Below are positions 39,982-50,164 of a DNA stretch of 64,000 bases, piece by piece. Location: contig CBDCTH010000012.1 in NCBI GenBank assembly GCA_965222155.1, positions 2,912,001 to 2,976,000 on the forward strand, in the 5' to 3' direction. The position numbers were made by a program, and so were the translations under genes. Numbering within the stretch: position 1 is the stretch's first letter; each line of letters begins with the position of its first letter. Source of the stretch: Gammaproteobacteria bacterium (GTDB lineage: Bacteria > Pseudomonadota > Gammaproteobacteria > Eutrophobiales > Eutrophobiaceae). The notes beneath the pieces were generated by a model that was not told the origin of the DNA, searched no databases, and was given only the letters and a program-made list of their open reading frames with translations.

Positions 39982-41286
39982 TCAGTCCGACGGGTATGGC
40001 CCCCAGGCGGGTTCCCGTACCTGGCCGTCCTGCAAGGCCAGCCTCTGGTGCACGCTGCCATCGGCCGAGACAGCCGCCAATTCAGAACCGTGACGGCCGT
40101 TGGTAGCATAGATGATCATGCTGCCGTTAGGCGAAAAACTGGGCGATTCGTCCAGTCGGCTATTTGTCAGGACACTCAGGTTGCCGCTGTCAAGGTCGAG
40201 ATAAGAAATCCTGTAGGCGCCGCCGGTACCATTTACCAAGGTGATACCGGAGCCGTCCGGGGCATAACGCGGGCGGGCGAAATAAGACCCCTCAAAAGTA
40301 AGTCTCCTGGGCATGCCCTCTTGCAGGTCTACCTCGTAAATCTGCGGCGTGCCGCCCCGGTCGGAAGTAAAAATGAGTTTGCTGCCGTCCGGCGACCAGT
40401 TCGGCTCCGTATCAATGGCTCGATTATGGGTTATACGCTGCAACGAGTTAGTGGACAGGTGCAGTACAAAGATTTCCGGATCGCCGTCTTTTGACAGTGT
40501 CATTGCCAGTCGCCCGCCGTCGGGGGAGAACGCCGGCGCGCTGTTGATACCCTCGTAAGAAGCTACTTCATTTCTCTCTCCGGTACGGATGTTCTGCACA
40601 AATACCGATGAGTTGTTCCCTTCGAAAGATACGTAGGCCAGGTACTGGCCGTCCGGCGACCAGGCCGGTGACATCAGGGACTGGTCCGATTCGAGCAGCA
40701 CCTGTGGGTTAAAGCCGTCAGCATCGGCGACTTGCAGGCTATGGCGTTCTTCCCCGGCCGCATTCTGCCGGACCGTAACATAGGCAATTCGGGTATCGAA
40801 TGCGCCACGCACGCCAGTCAGCTTTTCGAATATGATATCGCTGATACGGTGCGCGGTACGGCGCAGCTGTTTGCTCGTTGCCTTGATCCGAAACCCGGTG
40901 ATCTGCACCCCCTTGTAGACGTCAAGCAGCCTGAATTCGATGTCAAAGTCGCCCGTCTCATTCCGTGCCAGGTTACCGATGACGATGTTTTCCATGCGTA
41001 ATAACTGCCAGTCCCTGAAATTGACATGTGCGAATTCCACCGGCTGTTGTGGCATCTCTGCATCGTCCATGGTAGCGAAGCGCCCGCTTCTTGCCAGGTC
41101 GTTGGCAATTGTCCTATGAAAATCTATCGGCTGCGTGTCGGGCGCGCCGTTCCAGCCAAACGGTATAACGGCGATTGGCAACGTATTTTCAACACCAGTA
41201 TCGATAAATATTTCCAGTTCCCCCTGAGCCTGGAGCTGGGGCATGATTGACAGTAACACCATCAACAGGCGGCAAATGTAACTCAC
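39982..41286 (-). CDS. tolB: TolB
   Basis: DLARSG, AH.ISD.IFEKLTG.RGAF.TRIAYV, repeated SP.WSPDG. Confidence 0.97.
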   Translation of the reverse strand: MSYICRLLMVLLSIMPQLQAQGELEIFIDTGVENTLPIAVIPFGWNGAPDTQPIDFHRTIANDLARSGRFATMDDAEMPQQPVEFAHVNFRDWQLLRMENIVIGNLARNETGDFDIEFRLLDVYKGVQITGFRIKATSKQLRRTAHRISDIIFEKLTGVRGAFDTRIAYVTVRQNAAGEERHSLQVADADGFNPQVLLESDQSLMSPAWSPDGQYLAYVSFEGNNSSVFVQNIRTGERNEVASYEGINSAPAFSPDGGRLAMTLSKDGDPEIFVLHLSTNSLQRITHNRAIDTEPNWSPDGSKLIFTSDRGGTPQIYEVDLQEGMPRRLTFEGSYFARPRYAPDGSGITLVNGTGGAYRISYLDLDSGNLSVLTNSRLDESPSFSPNGSMIIYATNGRHGSELAAVSADGSVHQRLALQDGQVREPAWGPYPSD

Positions 41287-41290
41287 GTCA

Positions 41291-42175
41291 TTAATCCTTG
41301 GGTTTAAATCTGAAATTGAATTTTCTGAGGCTCAACCTGTCGAACGTGGCCGGGTCCTCGGGCAACGGCAGCGGGGAGGCCTTCTCAACCGCGGTGACGG
41401 CCCTCCGGTCAAAAACTTCATTGCCGCTTGATTTATTTACTGTCACGCTGATCACCTCACCGCCGGGGATGGTTTGTACTGATAATACGCATTCCAGTCC
41501 TTTAGGCAAGCCGGTTTTATTAAAGTTTCCTGTCACTACCTGATAAATCTCCGCAACAATATTTTGCAGGGTTTTCTTATCCTGGTTGCGTTGTTCCTGG
41601 GCGAGTTGTTGCCGCATTGCTTGCTCGGCCTCTTTCTTTTTCTTTTCCTCTTGTTTCCTTTTCTGTTCCGCCTCAGCCTTGCGCTTTTCCTGTTCGATGC
41701 GTTTTCGCTCTGCTTCGGCTTTGCGGTTCTCTTCTTCAATCCGTTTCAAGTCAGCTTCGGCCTTGCGCTTTTCCTGTTTGATACGCTCTCGCTCCACCGC
41801 GGTCTTGCGTTCTTCCTCCTTGCGCTTCCGCTCAGCTTCAGTCCTGCGCTGTTCCTCTTCCTTACGTTGTTGTTCCGCGGCCCGCTTGCGTTTCTCTTCC
41901 TCTTTCCTCTTTTTCTCCACCGCGTCGGCCTGCCGCTCCAGGTCTTTCAGTTTTTTCTCCATGGCCCGTTGCTTTTCCTGCTCCAGTTCCCTGAGCCGCT
42001 GCAGTTCTTTTTCAACGGCCTTGTCATCCACGGTGACCGCTTCAACTATGTTTTCCCTGGGCTGCGGTTTGAAGACAGGCCGGCGCGCGCTATCAAAATT
42101 AACGACCAGGGCCGTGATAACGACTACGTGCAGTGCCAGGGAGTATAGAAACGAGCGCAGTGTCAGAAAACGCAT
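41291..42175 (-). CDS. tolA: TolA
   Basis: TM helix with SLALH, long K/E/A-rich helix, SSGN..FDR C-domain. Confidence 0.93.
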   Translation of the reverse strand: MRFLTLRSFLYSLALHVVVITALVVNFDSARRPVFKPQPRENIVEAVTVDDKAVEKELQRLRELEQEKQRAMEKKLKDLERQADAVEKKRKEEEKRKRAAEQQRKEEEQRRTEAERKRKEEERKTAVERERIKQEKRKAEADLKRIEEENRKAEAERKRIEQEKRKAEAEQKRKQEEKKKKEAEQAMRQQLAQEQRNQDKKTLQNIVAEIYQVVTGNFNKTGLPKGLECVLSVQTIPGGEVISVTVNKSSGNEVFDRRAVTAVEKASPLPLPEDPATFDRLSLRKFNFRFKPKD

Positions 42176-42181
42176 GGCGCA

Positions 42182-42622
42182 TCACTGTTCCGGCGGTTCG
42201 GTGATCAACCCGAGACCCTTCACGCCGGCGCCCTGCAGCAGGGCCATGGCTTGCACGACCCGACCGTAGTTGACGTCGACATCCCCTTTGACCAGCACCG
42301 GAAGTTTGGGACGATACTTGATTAATGCGCCGACCCGATTAACCAGCACTTCAGGGGTAACGGGCTGATCCTGGTTCTCGCCATAATTGATGAAAAAGTT
42401 TCCTGCCGCATCCACGCTTATGATCACGGGATCATTATCACTGGCCGGCAAGGCTTCTGAAGGCACTTGCGGCAGGTCTATTTTAACTCCCTGACTGAGT
42501 AACGGCGCGGTAATCATGAATATGATCAACAACACCAGCATGACGTCGATATAGGGAACGACGTTGATCTCTGACATGGGGCGTTTTCGGTTGCGGTGTC
42601 GCATCGGTACGGCTTCAGCCAT
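42182..42622 (-). CDS. tolR: TolR
   Basis: EINVVPYIDVMLVLLIIFMITAP. Confidence 0.96.
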   Translation of the reverse strand: MAEAVPMRHRNRKRPMSEINVVPYIDVMLVLLIIFMITAPLLSQGVKIDLPQVPSEALPASDNDPVIISVDAAGNFFINYGENQDQPVTPEVLVNRVGALIKYRPKLPVLVKGDVDVNYGRVVQAMALLQGAGVKGLGLITEPPEQ

Positions 42623-43289
42623 GGGTCTGCCGATGCAGGATGGCGGAGAACTCTTCCATGAACGTGTCATAGCGATTGATCAGCCGTTCCACGTCGTTGG
42701 AAAACCGGTTATAGGCAATCACCGCGGGTATGGCGGCAAACAGGCCCATCGCAGTGGCAACCAGGGCTTCCGCTATGCCCGGCGCAACCATGGAAATCGA
42801 CGCCTGCTGGACATTCCCCAAGGCGCGGAAACTGTTCATAATACCCCATACCGTTCCGAACAAGCCAATATACGGACTGGTTGAACCCACCGTGGCGAGG
42901 AATGACAGGTGTGCCTCCAGTTCTTCAATTTCCTTGTTGAACGCCACGCGCATGGCCCGTTGCGATCCCTCCATGACCGCATCCGCGACAACGCCTCCGT
43001 GCTTTTGCAGGCGCACAAATTCCTTGAACCCGGCCTCGAACAACAGTTCCATGCCGCTTGCCTCATTGCGTTGCTTGCTGATCCGGTTATACAGGGGCGT
43101 CAATTCTTCGAGTGACCAGAACCGCTCTTCAAACAAATCGGCTTCGCGCTTGGCCCGGTTCAGCCAGATGCGCTTTTTAAATATCATCGTCCAGGACATG
43201 ACGGACGCGATAACCAGCATAATCATGACCGCCTGTACCGGCAGGCTGGCATTGGTGATCAAGTGAAAAAAGGACATGTCAGGAGTCAT
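42615..43289 (-). CDS. tolQ: TolQ
   Basis: LATVGSTSPYIGLFGTVWGIM, APGIAEALVATAMGLFAAIPA. Confidence 0.97.
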   Translation of the reverse strand: MTPDMSFFHLITNASLPVQAVMIMLVIASVMSWTMIFKKRIWLNRAKREADLFEERFWSLEELTPLYNRISKQRNEASGMELLFEAGFKEFVRLQKHGGVVADAVMEGSQRAMRVAFNKEIEELEAHLSFLATVGSTSPYIGLFGTVWGIMNSFRALGNVQQASISMVAPGIAEALVATAMGLFAAIPAVIAYNRFSNDVERLINRYDTFMEEFSAILHRQTHG

Positions 43290-43683
43290 GGGTAAAATCC
43301 GCAAGTAGTGTTGATGGCATACGTTTTGGTTTGTAACGGTCGGCACTGAGACAGGCGACGGCAATATCGGCTTCACACAGTTCCTCGTCATTCCGGCAAA
43401 TAGTCTGGTGAAACATCAGGCTGGCGCCGGTGGTTTTGTCGAGCGCTGCCGTAACGGTCAGTTCGTCGTCAAATACGGCAGGTCTTTTGAAGTTGATATT
43501 AATACGATTGACCACGAACAGGATGCCTTCTTCTGCGCGTAATTGCCCGTGGCTGTAGCCCAGGGCGCGCAGGTATTCAGTGCGCGCACGCTCCATATAT
43601 TTCAGGTAACAGGTGTGATAAACAATGCCACCGGCATCGGTATCTTCATAATAGACGCGTACAAGCCACTTGAATTCTTTCAT
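43279..43683 (-). CDS. ybgC: Tol-pal-associated acyl-CoA thioesterase
   Basis: RVYYEDTDAGGIVYH..YLKYMERARTE. Confidence 0.95.
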   Translation of the reverse strand: MKEFKWLVRVYYEDTDAGGIVYHTCYLKYMERARTEYLRALGYSHGQLRAEEGILFVVNRININFKRPAVFDDELTVTAALDKTTGASLMFHQTICRNDEELCEADIAVACLSADRYKPKRMPSTLLADFTHDS

Positions 43684-43714
43684 CTGGAGAGATCAGGTTG
43701 TCTTTCCGGCAAGG

Positions 43715-44767
43715 TTATCCGTCCGCAATGGATTGATCAAATAAATCATTTTCCGGCGCGTGTCCTTTCGGTACAGGCAGGCCGAAGTGGGCCCAGGCAT
43801 GTTTTGTCGCCACGCGGCCCCGGGCAGTACGCATCATGAATCCCTGCTGTATCAGGTACGGTTCAATGACGTCTTCTATCGTGTCTTTTACTTCACCCAG
43901 CGCGGCCGCAATACTGTCGATCCCCACCGGGCCGCCGTCAAATTTCTGGATGATGGCGAGCAGCAATTTGCGGTCCATCATATCAAAGCCGGACTCATCA
44001 ACGTTCAACATGTCCAAGGCACTGGTGGCAATTGCTTCACTGATATTGCCGTCTGCCTTGACCTCGCTGTAATCGCGCACGCGGCGCAGCAACCTGTTGG
44101 CAATACGCGGGGTGCCGCGCGCGCGCGTGGCGATCTCGCGGGCGCCGGCGGGCGCGACCGGCACGTCCAGAATATTCGCCGAACGGATAATTATATCGGC
44201 CAGATCCTCGCTGGAGTAAAATTCCAGACGTTGCACGATGCCGAACCGGTCTCGCAACGGTGAAGTCAGCAGCCCTGCCCGGGTGGTGGCGCCGACCAGA
44301 GTGAAATGGGGGACATCCAGCTTGATTGCTCGCGCCGCGGGCCCTTCACCGATCATTATGTCGATCTGGTAATCCTCCATTGCCGGGTAAAGGAGCTCTT
44401 CCACTACCGGGCTCAGGCGATGTATCTCATCGATGAACAACACGTCATTGGGTTCCAGGTTGGTGAGCAGGGCAGCCAGGTCGCCGGGGCGTTCCAGCAC
44501 CGGCCCTGATGTCTGTCTCAGGTTCACGTTCAACTCATTGGCGATAATATGCGCCAGGGTCGTTTTTCCCAGGCCGGGGGGACCGAAAATCAGTACGTGA
44601 TCCAGGGCTTCAGCACGGTTTCTGGCGGCGCTGATAAAAATTTCCATCTGTTCCTGGACAACCGGCTGGCCCCGGTAATCACTGAGCGTCCGCGGCCTTA
44701 AAGTATTTTCAACAGCACTATCTTCCGCCGAACTGTTTGCAGAGATGACCGGGTTGGATTCGTTCAT
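43715..44767 (-). CDS. ruvB: Holliday junction helicase RuvB
   Basis: [35 protein letters not shown]. Confidence 0.98.
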   Translation of the reverse strand: MNESNPVISANSSAEDSAVENTLRPRTLSDYRGQPVVQEQMEIFISAARNRAEALDHVLIFGPPGLGKTTLAHIIANELNVNLRQTSGPVLERPGDLAALLTNLEPNDVLFIDEIHRLSPVVEELLYPAMEDYQIDIMIGEGPAARAIKLDVPHFTLVGATTRAGLLTSPLRDRFGIVQRLEFYSSEDLADIIIRSANILDVPVAPAGAREIATRARGTPRIANRLLRRVRDYSEVKADGNISEAIATSALDMLNVDESGFDMMDRKLLLAIIQKFDGGPVGIDSIAAALGEVKDTIEDVIEPYLIQQGFMMRTARGRVATKHAWAHFGLPVPKGHAPENDLFDQSIADG

Positions 44768-44795
44768 GTCAATTGGCTTCCATACATGGCAGAGG

Positions 44796-45398
44796 CTAAG
44801 TCAGCGCGGCCCTCAATGCCGCCCGGATCAAGGTTTCGCTGTCCATGTCGTTCTCGGCCACTCCATGGATGAGACGGCTGGCCTCCTGGGGTCTGTAGCC
44901 CAGAGTAATCAAGGCGCTGATGGCCTCGTTGGCCGGTTCCACAGCCCTTGCGCGTGGGCCGGCCCGGTCCTTGCTCGCCGGGCTCGTGCCCTGCCAGTCT
45001 TCCAGGCGGTCCCGCATTTCCACAATCAATCGTTCTGCCGTCTTTTTGCCGACGCCCGGCAAGCGGGTCAGGCGTTCCGCATCCCCCGCTTCAATACAAT
45101 GTTTAAATTCAACGGCGCCAATTCCGGATAATATGGCAAGGGCCATTTTTGCCCCCACACCGCTGACTTTGATCAAGGCGCGGAACACATAGCGTTCATC
45201 CTCAGTGACAAAAGCATATAATAAGTGCGCGTCTTCCCGTACTATCAGGTGGGTCAGGAGTTCAACTTCCTCACCGGTTTCCGGCAGCAGGTAGAACGTG
45301 TTCATGGATGCCTCCAGTTCGTAACCCACGCCTTGTACATCCAGCGTTAACCCCGGCGGCTGCTTCTTTATTATCCTGCCGCGTAAAAACCCAATCAC
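44796..45398 (-). CDS. ruvA: RuvA
   Basis: [33 protein letters not shown]. Confidence 0.97.
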   Translation of the reverse strand: MIGFLRGRIIKKQPPGLTLDVQGVGYELEASMNTFYLLPETGEEVELLTHLIVREDAHLLYAFVTEDERYVFRALIKVSGVGAKMALAILSGIGAVEFKHCIEAGDAERLTRLPGVGKKTAERLIVEMRDRLEDWQGTSPASKDRAGPRARAVEPANEAISALITLGYRPQEASRLIHGVAENDMDSETLIRAALRAALT

Positions 45399-45913
45399 TG
45401 CGAACGCCTCTTCACGGGCGCGGAAATATCCTTCAGGCGCAATATAGCCTCCCGTGAATGTCCGTGACACAGGGCAATGGCCAGGGCATCGGCGGCATCG
45501 GACTGGGGGAGTTCGGTCAGGCACAACAGGACCTTCACCATGTATTGTACCTGTGATTTGGCAGCGTGGCCCTTGCCCACAGTGGCTTGTTTTACCTGGT
45601 TGGCGGTATATTCAAAAACAGGCAGGTCCTGCTCGGCGCAGGCGGTAACAGCACACCCCCTGGATTGTCCCAGTTTTAACGCAGAATCGGCATTACGATA
45701 CATGAAGACTTTTTCGATGGCGCATTCGTTTGGCCGGAACTGTTTTATCACCGCGCTAAGTTCCCGGAAGATCTGTCGCAACCTGTCGGACAACTGCTCC
45801 CCCTGAACCGTGATGTAGCCGTGGGAGATGTGGACAGCGTGATTGCCGTCCATATCGATTACGCCGTAACCCGTACACTGAGAACCCGGATCGATCCCGA
45901 GGATACGAATCAT
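45395..45913 (-). CDS. ruvC: RuvC resolvase
   Basis: ILGIDPGS..TGYG, SALKLGQ.RG, DAADALAIALCH. Confidence 0.97.
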   Translation of the reverse strand: MIRILGIDPGSQCTGYGVIDMDGNHAVHISHGYITVQGEQLSDRLRQIFRELSAVIKQFRPNECAIEKVFMYRNADSALKLGQSRGCAVTACAEQDLPVFEYTANQVKQATVGKGHAAKSQVQYMVKVLLCLTELPQSDAADALAIALCHGHSREAILRLKDISAPVKRRSQ

Positions 45914-45951
45914 GCTGCTTCCCAGGTTAACACTGCAGGCACATGTCCGGG

Positions 45952-46698
45952 TCAATCCAACTGAGCCAGGATGTCATCCGGGATTTCCGCGTTGGAATAC
46001 ACTTTTTGCACGTCATTCAGGTCTTCCAGGGTATCCAGTAATCGCAGCATGGTCTGTGCGCCTTGCAGGTCCAGCGTAATGCCGGTTGCCGCGCGCATCG
46101 TGACCTCCGCCGCATAGGGCAGGTAACCGGTTTGCACCAGCCTGTCTTTTACATCGAGAAAATCATCCGGCAGCGTCAATACATCAACGGAGTCGTCATC
46201 ATTGGTGGCGACATCTTCCGCACCGGCATCCAGCGCCGCCTCCAGCAGTGCGTCCTCATCGGTCCCGGCCGGGTAGGAAAGCACGCCCACCTTGGAAAAC
46301 AGGTACGCGACCGAACCATCGGTTCCCAGGTTGCCCCCACACTTGGTAAAGGCATGGCGCACTTCCGCGACGGTACGGTTGCGATTGTCGGTCATACAGT
46401 CAACCATCACGGCAACACCCCCTGGCCCATAGCCTTCGTAACGTACTTCTTCCAGGCTGTCACCCTCACCGCTACCCGCGCCTCGCTTCACTGCCCGTTC
46501 AATGGTGTCCTTGGGCATATTTCCGGCCAGGGCATTGTCGATAGCCGCGCGCAATCTCGGATTTCCGCCAGGGTCGGCGCCGTCGAGTCTGGCCGACACC
46601 GTGATTTCACGAATCAGTTTGCCGAATAATTTCCCCCGCTTGGCATCCTGTCGTCCTTTGCGATGCTGAATGTTTGCCCATTTACTGTGTCCCGCCAT
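45952..46698 (-). CDS. yebC: YebC/PmpR family protein
   Basis: MAGHSKWANIQHRK, YEGYGPGG, TDNRNRT. Confidence 0.96.
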   Translation of the reverse strand: MAGHSKWANIQHRKGRQDAKRGKLFGKLIREITVSARLDGADPGGNPRLRAAIDNALAGNMPKDTIERAVKRGAGSGEGDSLEEVRYEGYGPGGVAVMVDCMTDNRNRTVAEVRHAFTKCGGNLGTDGSVAYLFSKVGVLSYPAGTDEDALLEAALDAGAEDVATNDDDSVDVLTLPDDFLDVKDRLVQTGYLPYAAEVTMRAATGITLDLQGAQTMLRLLDTLEDLNDVQKVYSNAEIPDDILAQLD

Positions 46699-46775
46699 GT
46701 CTTACTCATCCTGTATTCTATCCCGTGTAATTTTATCACTTGACACAGGGACAGGAAAGTTTATCGACATGGCAA

Positions 46776-46947
46776 CAGCAGTTCCCGCTAACTCCCGGGA
46801 GCGAGGGCATCCTGCCCTCGTGGAGGGCGAGACGCCCTCCCTCCCAGGGAAACAAGCCCCGTGACTCCTGGGGGACAGATTTAAATCTGTCCCCCCTGTC
46901 TTCGAAGCCGGCAATAATCACTGTATTGACCTCAATTTAGCGGGAGC
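46776..46947. repeat. Dispersed MITE/REP-like repeat, family B, copy 2
   Basis: Inverted homolog of 15291-15464; near-terminal IR GTTCCCGCTAA / TTAGCGGGAGC. Confidence 0.85.
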
Positions 46948-47040
46948 ACCTGACATGGCAACAACGGCAGCAGCAGCCCGCAAACTCCGGCTGACAGTGG
47001 CTGCCTGCAGTGCGCGTCCCGCGCTGGCAGCTCGACCGCG

Positions 47041-48114
47041 TCAGGCGTCACTGTTTCCGTATATGACTTGTCGGCGCCGGGCGGCAAAATCGAGCAGGCG
47101 TTCGATAGGAATCCTGGCGCGTTCAATGATCCCTGCGTCCACAAATATCTCATTTGCGCCCGATTTGAGCGTTGTCAGTAGTTTTGTCAGGCTGTTCATG
47201 GCCATCCACGGGCAATGGCCGCAGCTTTTGCAACTGGCGCCGCGGCCGGCAGTGGGCGCCTCGATAAAGGTTTTATCCGGGGCGGCCTGCTGCATCTTGT
47301 AAAAAATGCCCCGGTCGGTCGCCACGATGAACGTGTCTGCGTCCAGTTCCCGGGCCGCTTTGATGATGCCCGTGGTGGAGCCGACCATGTCGGCCTGGGC
47401 AATAACCGAAGCCGGCGACTCCGGATGCACCAGCACTTTGGCCAGGGGATATTGCCGCTTCAGTTCCACCAGTTCCCGGCCCTTGAATTCTTCATGGACG
47501 ATGCAACTGCCCTGCCACAATACCATGTTGACCCCGGATTGATCCTGAACGTATTCGCCCAGGTATTTATCCGGCGCCCACAGGATTTTTTTTCCATTGG
47601 CCGCCAGGTGTCTGACCACGTCCACGGCGCTGCCGGAGGTGACCATCCAGTCGGCGCGGGCCTTGACCGCGGCGCTGGTGTTGGCATAGACCACGACAGT
47701 GTGGTGCGGATAGGAATCACAAAAAGCACTGAACGCATCAATGGGGCAGCCCAGGTCCAGGGAACAATCCGCGTGCAGGTCCGGCATCAGCACGCGTTTT
47801 TCCGGGTTCAATATCTTCGCGGTTTCACCCATGAACCGCACCCCACATACGACCAGTGTAGTGGCTGCTGATTCGTGTCCGAAACGCGCCATATCGAGGG
47901 AGTCGGACACGTGCCCCCCGGTTTCATCGGCGAGTAACTGTAAGTCCGCGTCGGTGTAGTAATGGGCAACCAGCACGGCATTCTGTTCCCTCAACAACCG
48001 TTTAATCCGGTGAATACACTCGTCCCGTTGGTCCCGGCTGAGGGTTTCAACCAAGGTTTCCGGCACCTGTTCCGGCGGCAATCGATAATCCTGGGTAGTT
48101 ATGGCAGTTTGCAT
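47041..48114 (-). CDS. nadA: Quinolinate synthase
   Basis: [48 protein letters not shown]. Confidence 0.97.
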   Translation of the reverse strand: MQTAITTQDYRLPPEQVPETLVETLSRDQRDECIHRIKRLLREQNAVLVAHYYTDADLQLLADETGGHVSDSLDMARFGHESAATTLVVCGVRFMGETAKILNPEKRVLMPDLHADCSLDLGCPIDAFSAFCDSYPHHTVVVYANTSAAVKARADWMVTSGSAVDVVRHLAANGKKILWAPDKYLGEYVQDQSGVNMVLWQGSCIVHEEFKGRELVELKRQYPLAKVLVHPESPASVIAQADMVGSTTGIIKAARELDADTFIVATDRGIFYKMQQAAPDKTFIEAPTAGRGASCKSCGHCPWMAMNSLTKLLTTLKSGANEIFVDAGIIERARIPIERLLDFAARRRQVIYGNSDA

Positions 48115-48180
48115 CTCTTCGGAACCTCGACCTCCAAGTGGCGGTACGTCATGTCCATAGTCATGACATGGTCGAAGGTG

Positions 48181-48223
48181 AGTGTATTAATAACACTGTA
48201 ATCCTAGTGTATCAATTACACTA
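48181..48223. promoter_or_regulatory. Tandem NrtR-like operators upstream of nadA
   Basis: AGTGT-N7-ACACT (48181-48197) and TAGTGT-N7-ACACTA (48205-48223) fit the GT-N7-AC NrtR core. Confidence 0.6.
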
Positions 48224-48353
48224 AATCAAGATGTTAGGAATCTGTCTAAAATGAAAAGGAGGGGGGCGGTCTGATTATTGATATAATCAATTTCATATTT
48301 GAATGACGAGGCTAATCCCGGCTGTAGTTCCTGTTTAATTTGCTCAATGTCCA

Positions 48354-48806
48354 TTATGATCCCGGAATGCCCTTGGTTTCTGTTCGGTCATCATGCTTTG
48401 CTTGATGGTCAGGGTCATCTTCCGGATTCTCCCAAGTAATTTTTGCAGTTCCTATTTCTTTGCGGATGTTTTCCAAAACGAGCCTGATGCTGTCTCCTGA
48501 AGCACAGACTTTACCGACAACCATTGTTTCGTGGTTGTCAGCCTGCAAGCACCAATCCCAGTGGTCACGCTCTTCACTTTTACGATATTCAAATCGATAG
48601 CCCTTGTCCTGATTCTCCAGGTCTTTATTTTTCCCGATGGGTGCTCCAAGCACATCTTCGCGAATGCGTTTGATGGAAGCAACGATGTTGCCTTTAAAAG
48701 AAAGCCTTTCGCTATGAGCAATGACTTCCCCATCATTGTCCCTAAGACGCCAATGCCAGCATTGTTCACCTTGGCCTTCTAATTTGTTGATTTGATATTC
48801 GGACAT
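48354..48806 (-). CDS. YegP-like tandem DUF1508 protein
   Basis: Two repeats: WHWRLRDNDGEVIAHSE and WDWCLQADNHETMV. Confidence 0.72.
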   Translation of the reverse strand: MSEYQINKLEGQGEQCWHWRLRDNDGEVIAHSERLSFKGNIVASIKRIREDVLGAPIGKNKDLENQDKGYRFEYRKSEERDHWDWCLQADNHETMVVGKVCASGDSIRLVLENIRKEIGTAKITWENPEDDPDHQAKHDDRTETKGIPGS

Positions 48807-48950
48807 GTCTTATCTCCTTACCAATAATTGTATAATATATGGAGCATTTTCCTGCGCGACTTAAAGGATAAGAAAAAAACTTCTACTCCTTACTTTTCAA
48901 TCATGCATGATGGTACACTGCATAATGCAAAGTAAGATTATATTACTCTT

Positions 48951-48969
48951 ATGTCAATAATGCTGACAT
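48951..48969. promoter_or_regulatory. Palindromic operator candidate in divergent YegP/HTH promoter
   Basis: ATGTCA-ATAATGC-TGACAT; related TGC-ATAAT-GCA at 48919-48929. Confidence 0.55.
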
Positions 48970-49129
48970 TTTATGTTTTTGATAACTATGATATAAGGGA
49001 ACCTCTATTTATTCACAAATTGATATATTAGCGGTCAATGATTTCAATAAGTTAGCGACCCTGTGTATCAAAAACTGTCAATTATTAGAGGTTCCCATAA
49101 TTTTAAATGTCCATGCGGGGTAATATAAG

Positions 49130-49537
49130 GTGCCTACGAGCGTTAGCCTGACAGAACAATTCCAGCGTATCTTCGGAGAACGTATCAAAGCGCGACGCCG
49201 TGAGTTACATCTCACACAGCTAGAGCTATCTGAACACCTACACATATCCCGCACAATGCTTGCCAATATCGAAACGGGTACACAAAGAACTTCTGTGTTC
49301 CTGTTAGCGCGCTTGGCGCAAATCCTGAAGATTTCTACCGAAGGTTTGGTTCCGAACATTGCCGAAGCGGAGGCGCGACTTAAACAAAGTCGGAAGGTGT
49401 CTTTAGCAACTGAAACCCAACCGGAACTACTTGTTCGTGAATTAGGAGCGCTGAATATTTCCGTAAAGACCGGTTCTACCCTGGAAGAAGCCCTGAAAGA
49501 AGTTCGTCGCAAAGACAGCAAACATAGAAAGCCCTGA
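49130..49537 (+). CDS. XRE-family HTH regulator
   Basis: GERIKARRRE..LTQ.ELS....ISR..LANIETG.Q, plus C-terminal extension. Confidence 0.88.
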   Translation: MPTSVSLTEQFQRIFGERIKARRRELHLTQLELSEHLHISRTMLANIETGTQRTSVFLLARLAQILKISTEGLVPNIAEAEARLKQSRKVSLATETQPELLVRELGALNISVKTGSTLEEALKEVRRKDSKHRKP

Positions 49538-49617
49538 ATATATTTAAAAACAAATCCGACGCGGTAGCCTAAAGATGTCCGTAAACAGAACAGCGAATTC
49601 AAAATAACCAGAGGAGA

Positions 49618-50160
49618 GTGATGATGGCTAATTTATATAAAGATTTTGATGAAAAAGCACGAAAACTACTTGAACAATCAGCTGCATTGGCTCAGCCGGT
49701 AGACCTTGATCGGGTTGTCGAACACTTGAAACTTTCCGTGAACGAAAAACCGCTGGAAGAGGAGTACTCCGGCTTTTTGGCGGTAAAAGAGAAAACGATT
49801 GTCGTCAATTCGCGTCATGCACCGGTGCGGCGGCGGTTTACCGTCGCGCATGAGATCGGACACTATCAACTTCACAGACGGGGAAGAGCTGACACACCTG
49901 TTTTCATAGACCGCACGGTTTATCATCGTAAGGACAGCGCCGATGGTATGGAACATCGGATGGAACTGGAAGCAAATGCTTATGCGGCTGGCTTGTTGAT
50001 GCCTGAAGTATTGCTGGATGAATATCTTGAGAAACACCTTCGTCTCGACCTTGAAAAATCTGCAGACGTCAAGATGCTTGCCGAAGAATTCGAGGTCAGC
50101 CGGCCGGCCATGGAATATCGCTTGAAGAATCTAGGCTTCATATTACCGACCAGTTTTTAA
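49618..50160 (+). CDS. ImmA/IrrE-family Zn metallopeptidase
   Basis: RRRFTVAHEIGH, E.EAN.YAA.LLMP, LAEEFEVS..A..YRL. Confidence 0.93.
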   Translation: MMMANLYKDFDEKARKLLEQSAALAQPVDLDRVVEHLKLSVNEKPLEEEYSGFLAVKEKTIVVNSRHAPVRRRFTVAHEIGHYQLHRRGRADTPVFIDRTVYHRKDSADGMEHRMELEANAYAAGLLMPEVLLDEYLEKHLRLDLEKSADVKMLAEEFEVSRPAMEYRLKNLGFILPTSF

Positions 50161-50164
50161 CGCC

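Noticed and set aside
49078-49602. 174-aa minus-strand ORF
   Set aside because: Antisense to the XRE-HTH gene, which has clear motifs
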